NCBI RefSeq assembly: GCF_000143415.4
Contig: NW_003314264.1
Coordinates: 600,774 to 664,773, forward strand
DNA length: 64,000 bases
Source of the DNA: Selaginella moellendorffii
Lineage: Eukaryota; Plantae; Lycopodiophyta
Direction of reading: 5' to 3'
The first letter of the stretch is position 1. The number at the start of each line of letters is the position of its first letter. The notes under the pieces are model-generated. The model was not told where the DNA came from and ran no database searches. It saw only the letters and a list, made by a program, of their open reading frames with translations. This document shows positions 1 through 11,336 of this stretch, piece after piece. Made by a program: the position numbers and the translations under genes.

Positions 1-1500
1 CCTTCACAAACCGATGACGGTTCAGATGATGAAGAAGAGGAAGAAATACGCATTAAGACAAAGAAGAAAACACCAAAAGACCAAGACTTGAAGGATATAA
101 TCAGGAAAATCTCACAAACCGAACTCAAAGCAGGAGTGTGGTGTACAAAGTNNNNNNNNNNNNNNNNNNNNNNNNNNNNNNNNNNNNNNNNNNNNNNNNN
201 NNNNNNNNNNNNNNNNNNNNNNNNNNNNNNNNNNNNNNNNNNNNNNNNNNNNNNNNNNNNNNNNNNNNNNNNNNNNNNNNNNNNNNNNNNNNNNNNNNNN
301 NNNNNNNNNNNNNNNNNNNNNNNNNNNNNNNNNNNNNNNNNNNNNNNNNNNNNNNNNNNNNNNNNNNNNNNNNNNNNNNNNNNNNNNNNNNNNNNNNNNN
401 NNNNNNNNNNNNNNNNNNNNNNNNNNNNNAATAGCAACTACAATAGAATACCCCCTCAAGATCAAAGACCAAACAACTATCCTGGAAATTATGGAAGAAA
501 CTACAATACATATCAGCAACGTGATGACAACTACCAATGTCCTCCCCCACGAAATTACAATTATGATCAAGAACCATATCGCAACTATAATCAAAGACCA
601 CCTCAAGCTCAAGGTTACAATTACAACCAGCGACCTGCACCACAACAAGATAATCGACCTCGGCAACCTTACCAAAATGCAAATCGTGAAAATAACCAAG
701 TCGTAAACAATCAAGCTCCAAGAGCAAGACCACCTGCAGCACGGAATGTTGAGGTCGAAGTCGAAGACTCACAAACTTATGAAGAACCAGCAATACGAGC
801 AATCACGAGACAACAATACAAGTATCAACAACCAGATAATTTGGAAGAACAAGATCACGATGATGAACTGGAAATTATCCCAGAAACCGAATGGAAGAAA
901 AGCAAGAAAATACTTAAAGCAATTCAAGCTGAATTGCAAGCACAAGATCCAGAAACAATCAAAGAACACAACAAACAATCAAACAATCAAGAAACAAGAA
1001 GTTTTACCCAAGAGGAGTTGGCACCTGTTCAGCAGAAAGAAAAGTTTCATGTGGAAGAGCAAGCTGAAGCAAGGTTGAAGCAAAACCTGGTGGAAGATGA
1101 ACAGCCTGATCAGATTGAGCAACCAGCAGAAGAAGACGAAGACCTGCAGTGGCTAAAGGTGTTTCAGACGCAGGAACTTGAGGTGGTGCTTCCGAAGTTT
1201 TGTGAGCAGACAGAGCAGAAGAAAAATTCAATGCCAGAGTTTGACGTGGAACAGGCAGTAGCTGGTCAAGCTGGCTTGGAGCAGAAAGCTGTTGTGAAGA
1301 AGAAAGAAGAAGATGTTAGACAACAAAGAGGTGTAGAAGTTCATAACCTTGTGGAGCAGCCATCAAGAGGAGCCGTATACCCAGGCCAAAGTTTGAACTT
1401 GAAGGTGGCTGGTTTGAAGTTGCTGAAGAGACGAGGAAGTGTGTTTCTCAAGTTCTGGTGGGACAGAGGCAAGCTGGTTTCATCCTTTGTAGCTCTGTAG
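1..1500 (+). pseudogene. Gag-like low-complexity ORF of an LTR retroelement remnant (open from window start, spans an N gap)
   Basis: Frame +1 is open from base 1. Acidic/basic linker, then VWCTK running into the gap (plausible start of a CCHC zinc knuckle), an N/Q/R/P/Y-rich tract and an E/Q-rich tail ending WWDRGK. No PR/RT follows. Confidence 0.4.
152..429. other. Assembly gap (278 N)
   Basis: Run of N. Confidence 1.
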
Positions 1501-2290
1501 GAGTAGAGGAAGTAAGTAGGAAAGCAGCAAAACTGAAAGCCGTCCAGGAGAAGTTGTGGCTGTTTCAAGTCGGATGTTTAAAGTTTCGAGAAGAGGCGTT
1601 TGTGCAACTGATCTCAGGAAGAAGCTGGTCAAATTCAGATCACAAGACTTTGAGGAAGCAGCTCAGACTTATGAAGAGGAGGAAGAGGAGGAGGAACCGC
1701 ATGAGGGAGCAGCTACCCACGATGCAGCAATGGAGCAGTGACTGCGGGATGCAGCACAAGGCAGTTGTGGGAGAGTGGAGAAGGGAGAAAAAGACAAGCT
1801 CGAGGATTCAAGCTTAGGAAAGTAAACTTGAGAGGTTCAAGGTTAGGACTGTATTCCTAACCTTGACGTGAGCAGTAGCGACTATAAAAGTAGGACTTAG
1901 AATGTTTTTAGACTTATCCCTAATACAAAATACATTGCAATACATGGACATTCTGCCTATCACTTTGGCTATTCACAGCAATGTCTTACTTACCCACCGC
2001 CTTCAAGGGATCAAAGGCGTGGAACTAGCACCTTCAAGCACATGTTCACAGTCTCTACTTGGCTTGGCTCAAGCAGGTAAGTGCACTTTTCTCGTAGTGT
2101 AGTTTTAGATTTAGGGACTAGATTAGATTTGAAACTCCTAGGAAAATCTCGTGTGGACGTTTTCCTCCCAGTCCAGAGAGTCCAGGAGTTTTCATCTAAT
2201 CTCTTCAACTTTGGATTATTATCCTCAAGCAAAGGCCAAAATTGGCATTGCTTCAAAACTATAGGCTTGTGGACATGAATTTGCCATCAA

Positions 2291-2521
2291 ATGAGGAAGA
2301 TTGGAGGATGGAGTGCTGCAAAGATACTAATTTTAGAGATGCTAGCCAAGATCAAGAAGAAGGATCCCAACATGTACAAGCCAAAGGTGAAGTTTTCTGA
2401 TAACAATAATGGTGATGAAATCCAGGAAGAGAAGGCTTTGAAGGAGAGGAAGAAACTAGTGTACCTGAAAGATGTTCTGGCTAAGCAAGTTCTGGAAAAT
2501 CCTGAGGGGGACAAGGATTGA
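2291..2521 (+). pseudogene. KRI1-like exon fragment, copy 1
   Basis: LAKIKKKDP...KF...KKxxYLKDVLAKQVLENPE resembles the N-terminal conserved block of the ribosome biogenesis factor Kri1. Confidence 0.6.
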
Positions 2522-2541
2522 AATCCTCCAGAACACTCACT

Positions 2542-3341
2542 TCATTTATCCGCAGCATTAGGATCCAAAATTCTAATACTTTGAAGGTCCACCCCCCGGC
2601 ATGAAAGCTTGGCTGGAAGGTCGTCTATGTAGCTCAGCAAAAGAGCCACCCACATTGTCCTCAAGGGATTGTCAATGAAACATTCGCCATTGATGAAGAC
2701 GACCTTCTTGGAGGTGTTCTTCCAAAGTTGCCAAAGATATCCAGCCATAGTAGCAAGAGCAGTGGTCTGGAGGAAGGTTGCCATTATCCAAATTGCTATG
2801 TCTCAAGGCTGATACGAAACTTTTTCTCTTCGTAAGAGTGAGCAACCCATGTACATGTATGTTTTACTCCATTCCAGAGAAAGCGGAAGTATGGAGCTCC
2901 CGAAAAGTCACATGGCTTGTCCAGTCAGTGCCATCGTTAGCAAAATCTGTGGTCAGGTTCTCGTCCAGCTTCTCAGCCCAGGCGATCTTGTTTGACACAG
3001 AAAATTATGGCTTTCACTCCCCTAGACATCATTCAGGCACATCAATCTCGGCTGGAGGAAGTCCCGCTGGTGGTGGTGCTGGTGCTGTGAGAGGCACAAT
3101 ATAGTTTATGGAGGAATGGCCATAGAATTAAACACAGCCAAAGGGCAAACAGGGGTGAGAATGACCACAAGGATGCAAAGATTACCAGATATCCACACAG
3201 AAAGAAAGAAACAGATTTAGGAAGCAAAAATCCTTAACCATGACCAGACAGGGAAAGCAAAGCAGGACAGTGGAGCCGCTCCGGGATAAAGAGAGGCTGC
3301 TGCGGAAGAGGAGAACTCGGTTAGTCATCTCTTCTATGTTT
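2542..3341 (-). pseudogene. Crinkler-like gene, 3' remnant only (copy 1)
   Basis: YMYMG...TTALATMAGYLWQLWKNTSKKVVFINGECFIDNPLRTMWVALLLSY; the 5' exon is lost in a deletion at ~3341. Confidence 0.5.
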
Positions 3342-3387
3342 GCATCAATCCATCATTGTTGACGCTCTAACAATTTACATGCAAATG

Positions 3388-4042
3388 TGTAGCGCACTTT
3401 ATCTCTCTCTTCTTAAGCCAACTGGAAAAGGGGCAATTGCTTAATGAGAGAGCCTTTAGTGGCTATTTTATCCCTATTTATCCCCCAAGGTTCCAAGGAT
3501 CCACGGTGACAGTATATCCAAATCTCATCCCATGATCACATGCGTTACACTCATCCCCCCCTTCAGAGATGTCAATGTCCACCCCTACTGAGTCAAGGGG
3601 AACCAGCACCTCCATTTCCACATTGAATATACCAATCTTTCCATTGTGTAGACTAGCTATTCCATGTGAGGCAACTAGTCATCCACCCATACTGCAATCC
3701 CACGGTGGATACCTTCGTCCATGGATACTCCACATAAGAGGAAGGACATATGCATGGATGCCCAATACGTACGATTTCAAATTTAGGGGTAGGAATATAC
3801 CTTGCTCAAGGGTATATTATATTTTTAAGTAGCCACTAATCAATGGGAATCGAATCCGTGCCATTTGCTCCGATACCAACTGTAACACACCTTATCTTTC
3901 TCCCCTTAAGCCAACTGGAAAAGGGGCTATTGCTTGATGAAAGAGCCCTTAGTGGTTATTTTATCCCTATTTATCCCTCAAGGTTCCAAGGATTCACGGT
4001 GATAGTATATCCAAATCCCATTCCATGATCACATGCGCTACA
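3388..4042 (-). mobile_element. TRIM (terminal-repeat retrotransposon in miniature)
   Basis: 162-bp LTRs at 3388-3549 and 3881-4042 with TG...CA ends. PBS TGGTATCGGAGC (3867-3878, minus strand), PPT next to 3550, perfect 5-bp TSD AAATG. The empty site has a single AAATG at 46543. Confidence 0.92.
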
Positions 4043-6260
4043 AAATGTTAGTTTAATTTTGAATGGCATAATTTTCAATTATCTTACTCTACTGTAGAAA
4101 AGTTATCAAGCAATACCATAAAAGTAAGCGAAGTGGAGCTACTTCCCTCTAGAAAAGAGGGTAGAGGCACACCATAGTTTTCAAGGCCTCCACCATCACT
4201 ATCATACACTACCATTAGCTTATCTGCACTCAGAAATTAAAAAATAAAGAAAGTATTCATTTACGTTAATGCTTTTTACCGGCCGCATGGCCTAGAGCCA
4301 CTATCTCTGGTGACAAGGATGTCTCCGGATATCCTTGATGCGGTTCATCCCCACCATCACCTTATTCTTTGACTCCGGTGATGTCTATGTTATCTTGTAT
4401 GGGGAGAGTATCTTCCAGTAATGGAAGAATGTCCTCTTCATCCGTCAAGTCTTCTTCTTCATTATTTTCATCTTGTTTTGGTTCCTGCGTGGTTGGCCTT
4501 GGGAGAAATGGCTCTATCACCAAGGGATCATCATTTGCAGTCAAGGTATTTGTAGCAGCTACAACTGTAAAGACCACAACATATATTTGTGAGGAGGGAA
4601 CTTAAAAAAACAAAATGACTTATGTTCACGAATATTCTTCTCTTTGAATGCTTGGGCTTGCTTTTGATAACTTAGCCAATGTTTGTCAATATGATGCTCC
4701 ATAATATTGTATAGGTATATTATTGCTACTTGGTTGCTATTGGCCTTGTTTGTTATAGCTCCCCATGATGTTAGAGGAGGCCAGTAGCAAGGCCAAATAG
4801 AGCTGAGGCCAAATTTTGCAAACTGGGCATGGGCCTCACCACCATTGGACTACCTTGCACACTGGACAAATACTTCTGGGCTGGTCATGGATGAAGGTTG
4901 GATTCCTGAGGCTTGGAGTGATAGTAGAATCGCATGTTAGGCCGTGCCGGGCTAGAAAGGAATACTGGAGTATAAGCCACCCCATATGAGACACTCTGGG
5001 AGGTCCACTGCTAGCTTGTCAAGTTCCGTCACCTTCATAGATGGCTCTCTTTTCTGCCCATACAAGTGTGTATGCCAAGTCTTCGGGATTGCAATCCACT
5101 TGGTGATAAGAACTGTAGTGAACGGCTGGGGGACCAAGGGTGTCGTAGATGATATCCCACCAATGACTTTGGATTGACTGCCACGACGTCTACGACGACA
5201 AGATAAGTACTACTGATTGTTATTGGCATAGATGTGCACTGCAGCCACAAGTGGTGAGAGAGTCTAGCACAGTGAAACAAAAATGAATTAAATAAATCCA
5301 AAGAAAAAAGAAATGAAGAGTGCACGGGGTCATGTTATACTTGTGGCTCATATGGCAACCTGCCTTGAGCGTTAGCTTGAATAAATCTGGATGTCAAAGC
5401 TCCACTAGATGATGATGTCGATCCTTGGGAGTAGTTGTGGAATGCTGATGGGGAACTATAAGCTTGCTGGTGTGGCAGCATTGTCAACTCACCCTACACA
5501 AAAAAACACATGGAAAAAAAAAGGTACAAATGAAAAACTTACCGAGCTAGACCGCTTGTTGCTTCGGGAGGTAGATGGCCAGGTATTGACACTTGTACTA
5601 GTAGATGGACTTGCAAGAGTAGTAGTGGCTAGTGGAGTTGTGGGGCTGGTAGCAGTGGCACTATATGGGGTTTCATGAGCACAACTTGTAGTTGGTGTTG
5701 GTGGCAGCATTCCAGATTGGACAACACCATGGGCATGAGGCATTCGGACTTGCTCATTTCGGATGCTTGGGCTGCTACTTTCCAAGGAAGGTGAGGAGAA
5801 GGAAACATGCTGGAGGTTCCACATATGTTGCAGTGTATGCAATGTTAGGCGGCACTCTACTTGCTCAAATGCAGTCGGGAGTTGTAGATGGGATGCTGTT
5901 GGAGTTGATGTCCTTGTTGCGGAGCTTGGAAAATCAAGTGGTTGGCGTGTGTCTCGCAGGATTGTTAGCTGTACCAATTGCGGAACATCGAGTGCTTAGT
6001 TGCGTGCTCACGAGGTGTTTCCTGCATAGTGTCTACTGGTATTGAGGCGTGCAACATTCTTGCTTCGAGCCTAGAAACCACAAGGGATTGGTTATGCAAA
6101 CCTGATCAAGGAGAAGCTACCCACCATCACAGTTGTGGTGCTCTTGCTTGGGCAGTGGTCTTGTGATTGGGGGAGTGTGCACTAGAATCCTTGCCTCTAG
6201 TTAGATGACGCGAATCGATTGGAAGAACAAATGAACCATTGACAAAATCATGTCATAAAA
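4043..6260 (-). pseudogene. HECT-domain cargo gene, N-terminal exons only (copy 1)
   Basis: Collinear with 46500-48730 of copy 3; S/T/P-rich and acidic exons. Confidence 0.6.
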
Positions 6261-6293
6261 TGAAATTGCCCCATATCCAAGGCACAATTAATA

Positions 6294-6341
6294 TGGGTGG
6301 GACTTGGTGTAAACCCTAATCCCGAACGTGGAAACCCTAAA
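6294..6341 (-). promoter_or_regulatory. Telo-boxes (AAACCCTAA x2) and GTGGGAC site upstream of the HECT gene
   Basis: GGGTGGGACTTGGTGTAAACCCTAATCCC...GAAACCCTAAA lies between the transposase end and the HECT gene start; related sequence at ~24875 and ~48780. Confidence 0.45.
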
Positions 6342-6399
6342 ATTGAAGAAATCAAGAATTGAATTTACATTTGAAATGTACACTAAAGAACACTTCATT

Positions 6400-8141
6400 T
6401 TCTCTAAGTATGGCCAAGTATAATTTTTCCAAAACTCATTGCTTCACTGGTGTTGTTGTAGGCAAGGCACTCTCGATGTAAAGTGGTAGATCTACACTTG
6501 CAACATCAGTCATTGCACACTCCATTTGTTAAATCCAAATGAAGTAGATATTGTTCGTCCAAGCTGAGTCCCTCCTGATGCATAAAAAGTGCCTAGTTTG
6601 GAACAATGCCATGAGCCTGTAAGGTAGCCAAAAACAACGAAATAGATTTAAAGAAATTGTTCTATTTTTGTTCTAAATATTACCTCTGACAGAGTTGCAC
6701 ATTCGACATTGGAGAGAAATGGTCTAGGAAGGTCTTCAATATCTTTTCCACCAACAGCCAGCATAATCCTACAAAAGCAAAATTAATAAAGAATTCTGTA
6801 ACATTACTAAAATTCTTACCCAAACTCTCATTCCATCGGTTGAAATAAGTTTGCAGGAACATGAGATGGTCTAAAGTAATCACCACATCGATACGGATAG
6901 ACCTCATGGACGTTCCAGGTTGCAACCCAATATGAAATATCCTTCTTGAGGTATGGAGCAAAACCACAACATAGACTCTGGTTGTGCTATGGATTAGATA
7001 CATTGAGAATTCCTATATCTTCCATGGACTCAAAAAGGTGTTTATAAAACCACACCACGCACTCAAAGAGTTCTCTCCACAAATGCTCTATAGGCTGTAA
7101 AACAAATTTGATTTAGTCCTTATTTGGAAAAACTCTAATGCTGTGAGTACCTGGTTACATGTTGATGTCCCACATATAAAGCTCCTAGCTGTAGGACCCC
7201 AACAGCGGACCATGTCCCTCTTAACCTCATTGTGTTCTGGAGCATTGTCGCTTCGGATGTGCTTGGGCCTTGCAAATCAACGAACAGCCTGTGCATATGT
7301 GTTGAATATTGCATGGGATTTTTTGGAGGTAGCTAGCTCGCAAGCTACAATATATGAGTTGCCTAGCAAATAATGGCATATACATAGAAACCATAGCTTA
7401 CAAGCTTGCAATATGCTACAATAAGCATGTTACCACATGTGCTAACAAAAAAGCAGAAATGAAAAAATACTCACAATCCATATGGCAAAGTGCATATGCC
7501 TCCTCGTTCCTATAAATCCGTTGTCAAATCCTTGTCATGTGCCTCTGTTCCAGCCTTATGGGATCGTGAGTGGCTAAAGCCTCACAAATTTGGCATCGGC
7601 TAAACTGGTATCCTCCAGTTCAACAGCTAGATTGGGAATTGATAATCCCCCAGTTTGTGCCACCTTAATTCATGGCATTGTTAGTTCGAACGTGATGAAG
7701 TATCTCTTCGAGTGGTACTCTGTAATATACACCTCTCCAATTTAGATCGACAAGCCGCATGTATTTGTATAGTGTTGGCTTAGAAATTCTAAGATAGCAT
7801 GCAAGGTAAGCAGTCTTCTTAGTCTCGAGGATCTTCAGGTGCATCCAAGTGCCAAATGCAGCTGGACTATCGAATCCCCTTGATTGCAAAAAATTATAAA
7901 AGGCCTAGAAATATGCAAATCATGAATTTAGGAAGCTAGGAACTACACAAACCTCTGGGAGAGCATCGTTGTCACTCACCATACTAAAACCACAGTCCGA
8001 ATCACTAAATTTGGATGGAAGGCCATCCATCTCATCTTCCTCCATGTCTTTCAGTAAACCTGGAAGAAAAAGTTTCAATGACAAAAATTTGAAATAAACT
8101 AAGGAGGGAACTATACTCATGGTAAGAACTTGAAAGTCCAT
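6400..8141 (-). pseudogene. Spliced integrase-core (IS3EU/IS481-type) DDE transposase, copy 1
   Basis: Manual splicing gives HTH YLACYLRISKPTLYKYM; LCHMD|SYCKLVSYGFYVxAII; RPKHIRSDNAPEH; SFICGTSTCNQ|PIEHLWRELF; WVATWNVHEV...PSHVPANLF. These match the WHxDxxHKL / RVRSDxGxEN / NQRIERLW / WNxH motif series. GT-AG introns are ~50 nt; several stops. Confidence 0.85.
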
Positions 8142-9388
8142 AGAGAGCAATCGAGTAGTAAATTAAAGCCACTTCCAACACTACCCACAAAAACATTTGA
8201 AACCAATCATTAACAAACCAAGTTACCTTCCACATGTGCTACCAAGAAACATGCCAAATAACAGAGCACTAAAGCAGGGTGCTAAAGCAAGGAAGCGTCT
8301 CCTAAACCCTATGACCTAATGAATCCCTATGTCATGGGGTCAAAGTTGATGATATGTGGCATCTATATATAGAACATTGTTCATATTATGGGGATATCAT
8401 CAACCCATCATGCTAGTATCCATGGGGTATCCATGAGGGATCCAAATGACATTTAATGCCAAACCAATAGAAAAACTGCCACATGGACAATGTATTGTGA
8501 GTGAAATCTGCCACAGTAACACTCACCCTTTTACGAATTGCATGCCTTAGCTTGTTTATGCAGCTTCTATGTATAGGTATGCTCATCCCTCTAGAGGTTG
8601 TGAGTAAAGGGTCTTTCTACCACCAAAGTAGAGAATGTGGCAGCCACCAATGCCATCCTATCTTACCACTGTTAGAGTCAAGCCAAGTGACTTCAGTCAC
8701 ATTATTTCAAATTAAGGTTTTTATTTTTTTTGCTATTTTGTAAGAGCTGCTCTCTTTCTTTAGAGTGTTAGATGGAGACTCTTCACATGGTATTAGAGGC
8801 ATAGTGCTTTAGACATTAGGTGTCATCTCTATCCTCTTGGAGAAATGGAGCAATGAATTTCCTTGTTGCAAACTTCTGGTTTGTGAGGTGGGGATTTTGG
8901 CTTGTGTTGTCTGGAATGACAAAATGATAAAAATTGATAAAGGTTTGTGGGTTTATTTTTTATTGCTTGGCTTGTTGCCACACATTGCCATTTACAGTTG
9001 CATTGTGTGGCAAAATCATCTATATTAACAACAAAATCAATTTTCATTTTCTATAGCAACAATTATACAATGCATATATGTGGTGAGTGTAAGCAATCTT
9101 GAGTTTAAGCTTTTATTACTGCAAGTGATTTTTAGGATTGCATATTTGAGACTTTTCCTTTTTGTTTCATACTTTTTAAATTTTTTTTCCTTCCCTTTAT
9201 TTTTATTTTATTTCTTTTTACATTTACTTCCATCACTTTGGTCTTCCCATCAATGTTTTTGTTCAATATTTCTATTTTGCTCCTTTATTTCTCAAACCCC
9301 TCCAACTCAAGAAAGAGTATTCTATTCCTCTTCAACTTTGAATTATTGCTTCAAAAGTGTAGGCTTGTGGACGTGAATTTGCCATCAA

Positions 9389-9616
9389 ATGAGGAAGACT
9401 GGAGGATGGAGTGCTGCAAAGATACTAATTTTAGAGATGCTAGCCAAGATCAAGAAGAAGGATCCCAACATGTACAAGCCAAATGTGAAGTTTTCCGATA
9501 ATAATAATGGTGATGAAATCAAGGAAGAGAAGGCTTTGAAGGAGAAGAAACCAATGTACCTGAAAGATGTTCTGGCTAAGCAAGTTCTGGAAAATCCTGA
9601 GGGGGACAAGGATTGA
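9389..9616 (+). pseudogene. KRI1-like exon fragment, copy 2
   Basis: LAKIKKKDPNMY...KKPMYLKDVLAKQVLENPE. Confidence 0.6.
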
Positions 9617-9639
9617 AATCCTCCAGAACACTCCATTTA

Positions 9640-11336
9640 TCCACAGCATCAGGATCCAAAATTCTAATACTTTCAAGGTCCACCCCAAAGCTTGGCTGGA
9701 AGGTCGTCTATGTAGCTCAGCAAAAGAGCCACCCACATTGTCCTCAAGGGATTGTCAATGAAACATTTGCCATTGATAAAGACGACCTTCTTGGAGGTGT
9801 TCTTCCAAAGTTGCCAAAGATATCCAGCCACAGTAGCAAGAGCAGTGGTCTGGAGGAAGGTTGTCATTATCCAAATTGCTATGTCTCAAGGCTGATACGA
9901 AACTTTTTATCTCCGTAAGAGTGAGCGACCCATGTACATGTATGTTTTACTCCATTCCAGAGAAAGCGGAAGTATGGAGCTCCCAAAAAGTCGCATGGCT
10001 TGTCCAGTCAGTGCCATCGTCAGCAAAATCTGCGGTCAGGTTCTCGTTCAGCTTCTTGGCCCAGGCAATCTTGTCTGACACAAAAAATTATGGCTTTCAG
10101 TCCCTTAGACATCATTTTTACCAGGCACCTAAGAATCGGCTGGAGGAAGTCCCGCTGTTGGCGCTGATGCTGTGAGAGGCACAATAAAGTCTATGGAGGA
10201 ATGGCCACAGAATTAAACACAGCCAAAGGGCAAACAGGGGTGAGAATGACCACAAGGATGCGAAGATTACCAGATATCCACACAGAAAGAAAGAAACAGA
10301 TTCAGGAAGCAAAAATCCTTAACCGTGACCAGACAGGGAAAGCAAAGCAGGACAGTGGAGCTGCTCCGGGATAAAGAGTTGCTGCTGCTCCGGGTGAAAG
10401 AGAGGCTGCTGCGGGAGAGGAGAACTCGGTTAGTCATCTCTTCCATGTGTGGTTATGGTCAGGGATTTCGCATCACAGATCTGAGAGGCGAAGGGGTACT
10501 CGACAGAGAGGGCTACCAGATTAGCAGCGACGAAATTTGAAAGAAAAGGCATCGCGGAATGACCAAGTAAACACATGAAAAGCAAACAAGGGGGCTTTGG
10601 AGGAACGCACAGACTTGTGAGCAGAACTGAGCAAACTCTAGTGTCAGGCCGAAAAACATACCAGTCATCCCAAAGAGAAGACACCCAACTATTACTAGAC
10701 AGACAGCATTAAAGTAGCATCCAGAACTGGACAAATGGAATACCAAGAACTGGACAGAAAATGGGGATGCATGTGCAAGGAAACGAAGGGCTTTCGCAAT
10801 TGCTTACCAGATCCGCGCACTGCAACATTCAGAACAAAACAAAGTTAGTATTAGATCTGGAAGAAAAAACCAGGGTCTCAACAGCCATAGTCATACAAGA
10901 ACGACCAAGGATCCACAAGGGAGCATGCGTCCACCGGCAGCATAGCCAAAAGCCACCATAGCCACATTTCCGGCAACCCAAAATAAAAGCGAATTGAAGC
11001 TACCTCTGGCAAAATCCTTAACCATGGCCGAAAGCAGCCATAGCCACATGGAACCACACACACAGTAAAAAGCCCCAAATCGAGGGGGAAAGCTAAATAA
11101 ACAAAGAATGACTTACCATTACATTGGAGGAGGAGGAGTTCCATCTTCCGCAGCTGTAATTTTTTCTTCCGCAGCTGCTGTTTTTCCTTCCGCAGCTGCT
11201 TTTCCTCCTTCTGCCAATATTCCGCCAGAAATTGATTGCCACTCTCAAAGGCAGAGAGAAAAGATCCCCCAGCCGCTTGGATCTGCGGCTCAAGACGCTC
11301 GATTTCAGCCTGCACCTTGGCCAATTCCTCGTCCAT
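9640..11336 (-). pseudogene. Crinkler-like (coiled-coil header + P-loop NTPase fragment) pseudogene, copy 2
   Basis: Exon 1 is MDEELAKVQAEI...YWQKEEKQLRKEKQQLRKKKLQLRK, ending at a G|GTAAGT donor (~11114). The downstream exon has YMGR...TTALA...KKVVFI...ALLLSY. Walker A is missing; stops and frameshifts are present. Confidence 0.55.

Larger units (their letters stand above)
1..2194 (+). mobile_element. 3' part of a probable LTR element; terminus ...GAGTTTTCA at 2194
   Basis: Similarity to the tandem unit starts abruptly at 2195 (TCTAATCTCTTCAAC, cf. 40621 and 51717), directly after a CA dinucleotide. TATA-like CTATAAAAG at ~1882. The LTR 5' boundary was not found. Confidence 0.4.
3342..8549 (-). 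mobile_element. IS3EU-like TIR DNA transposon, copy 1 (left TIR and HECT C-terminus deleted)
   Basis: Right TIR at 8496-8549; transposase and the 5' half of the HECT gene are present. Confidence 0.8.

Noticed and set aside
3388-4042. Cassandra TRIM carrying 5S rRNA
   Set aside because: No 5S A/C-box similarity was recognised in the LTRs
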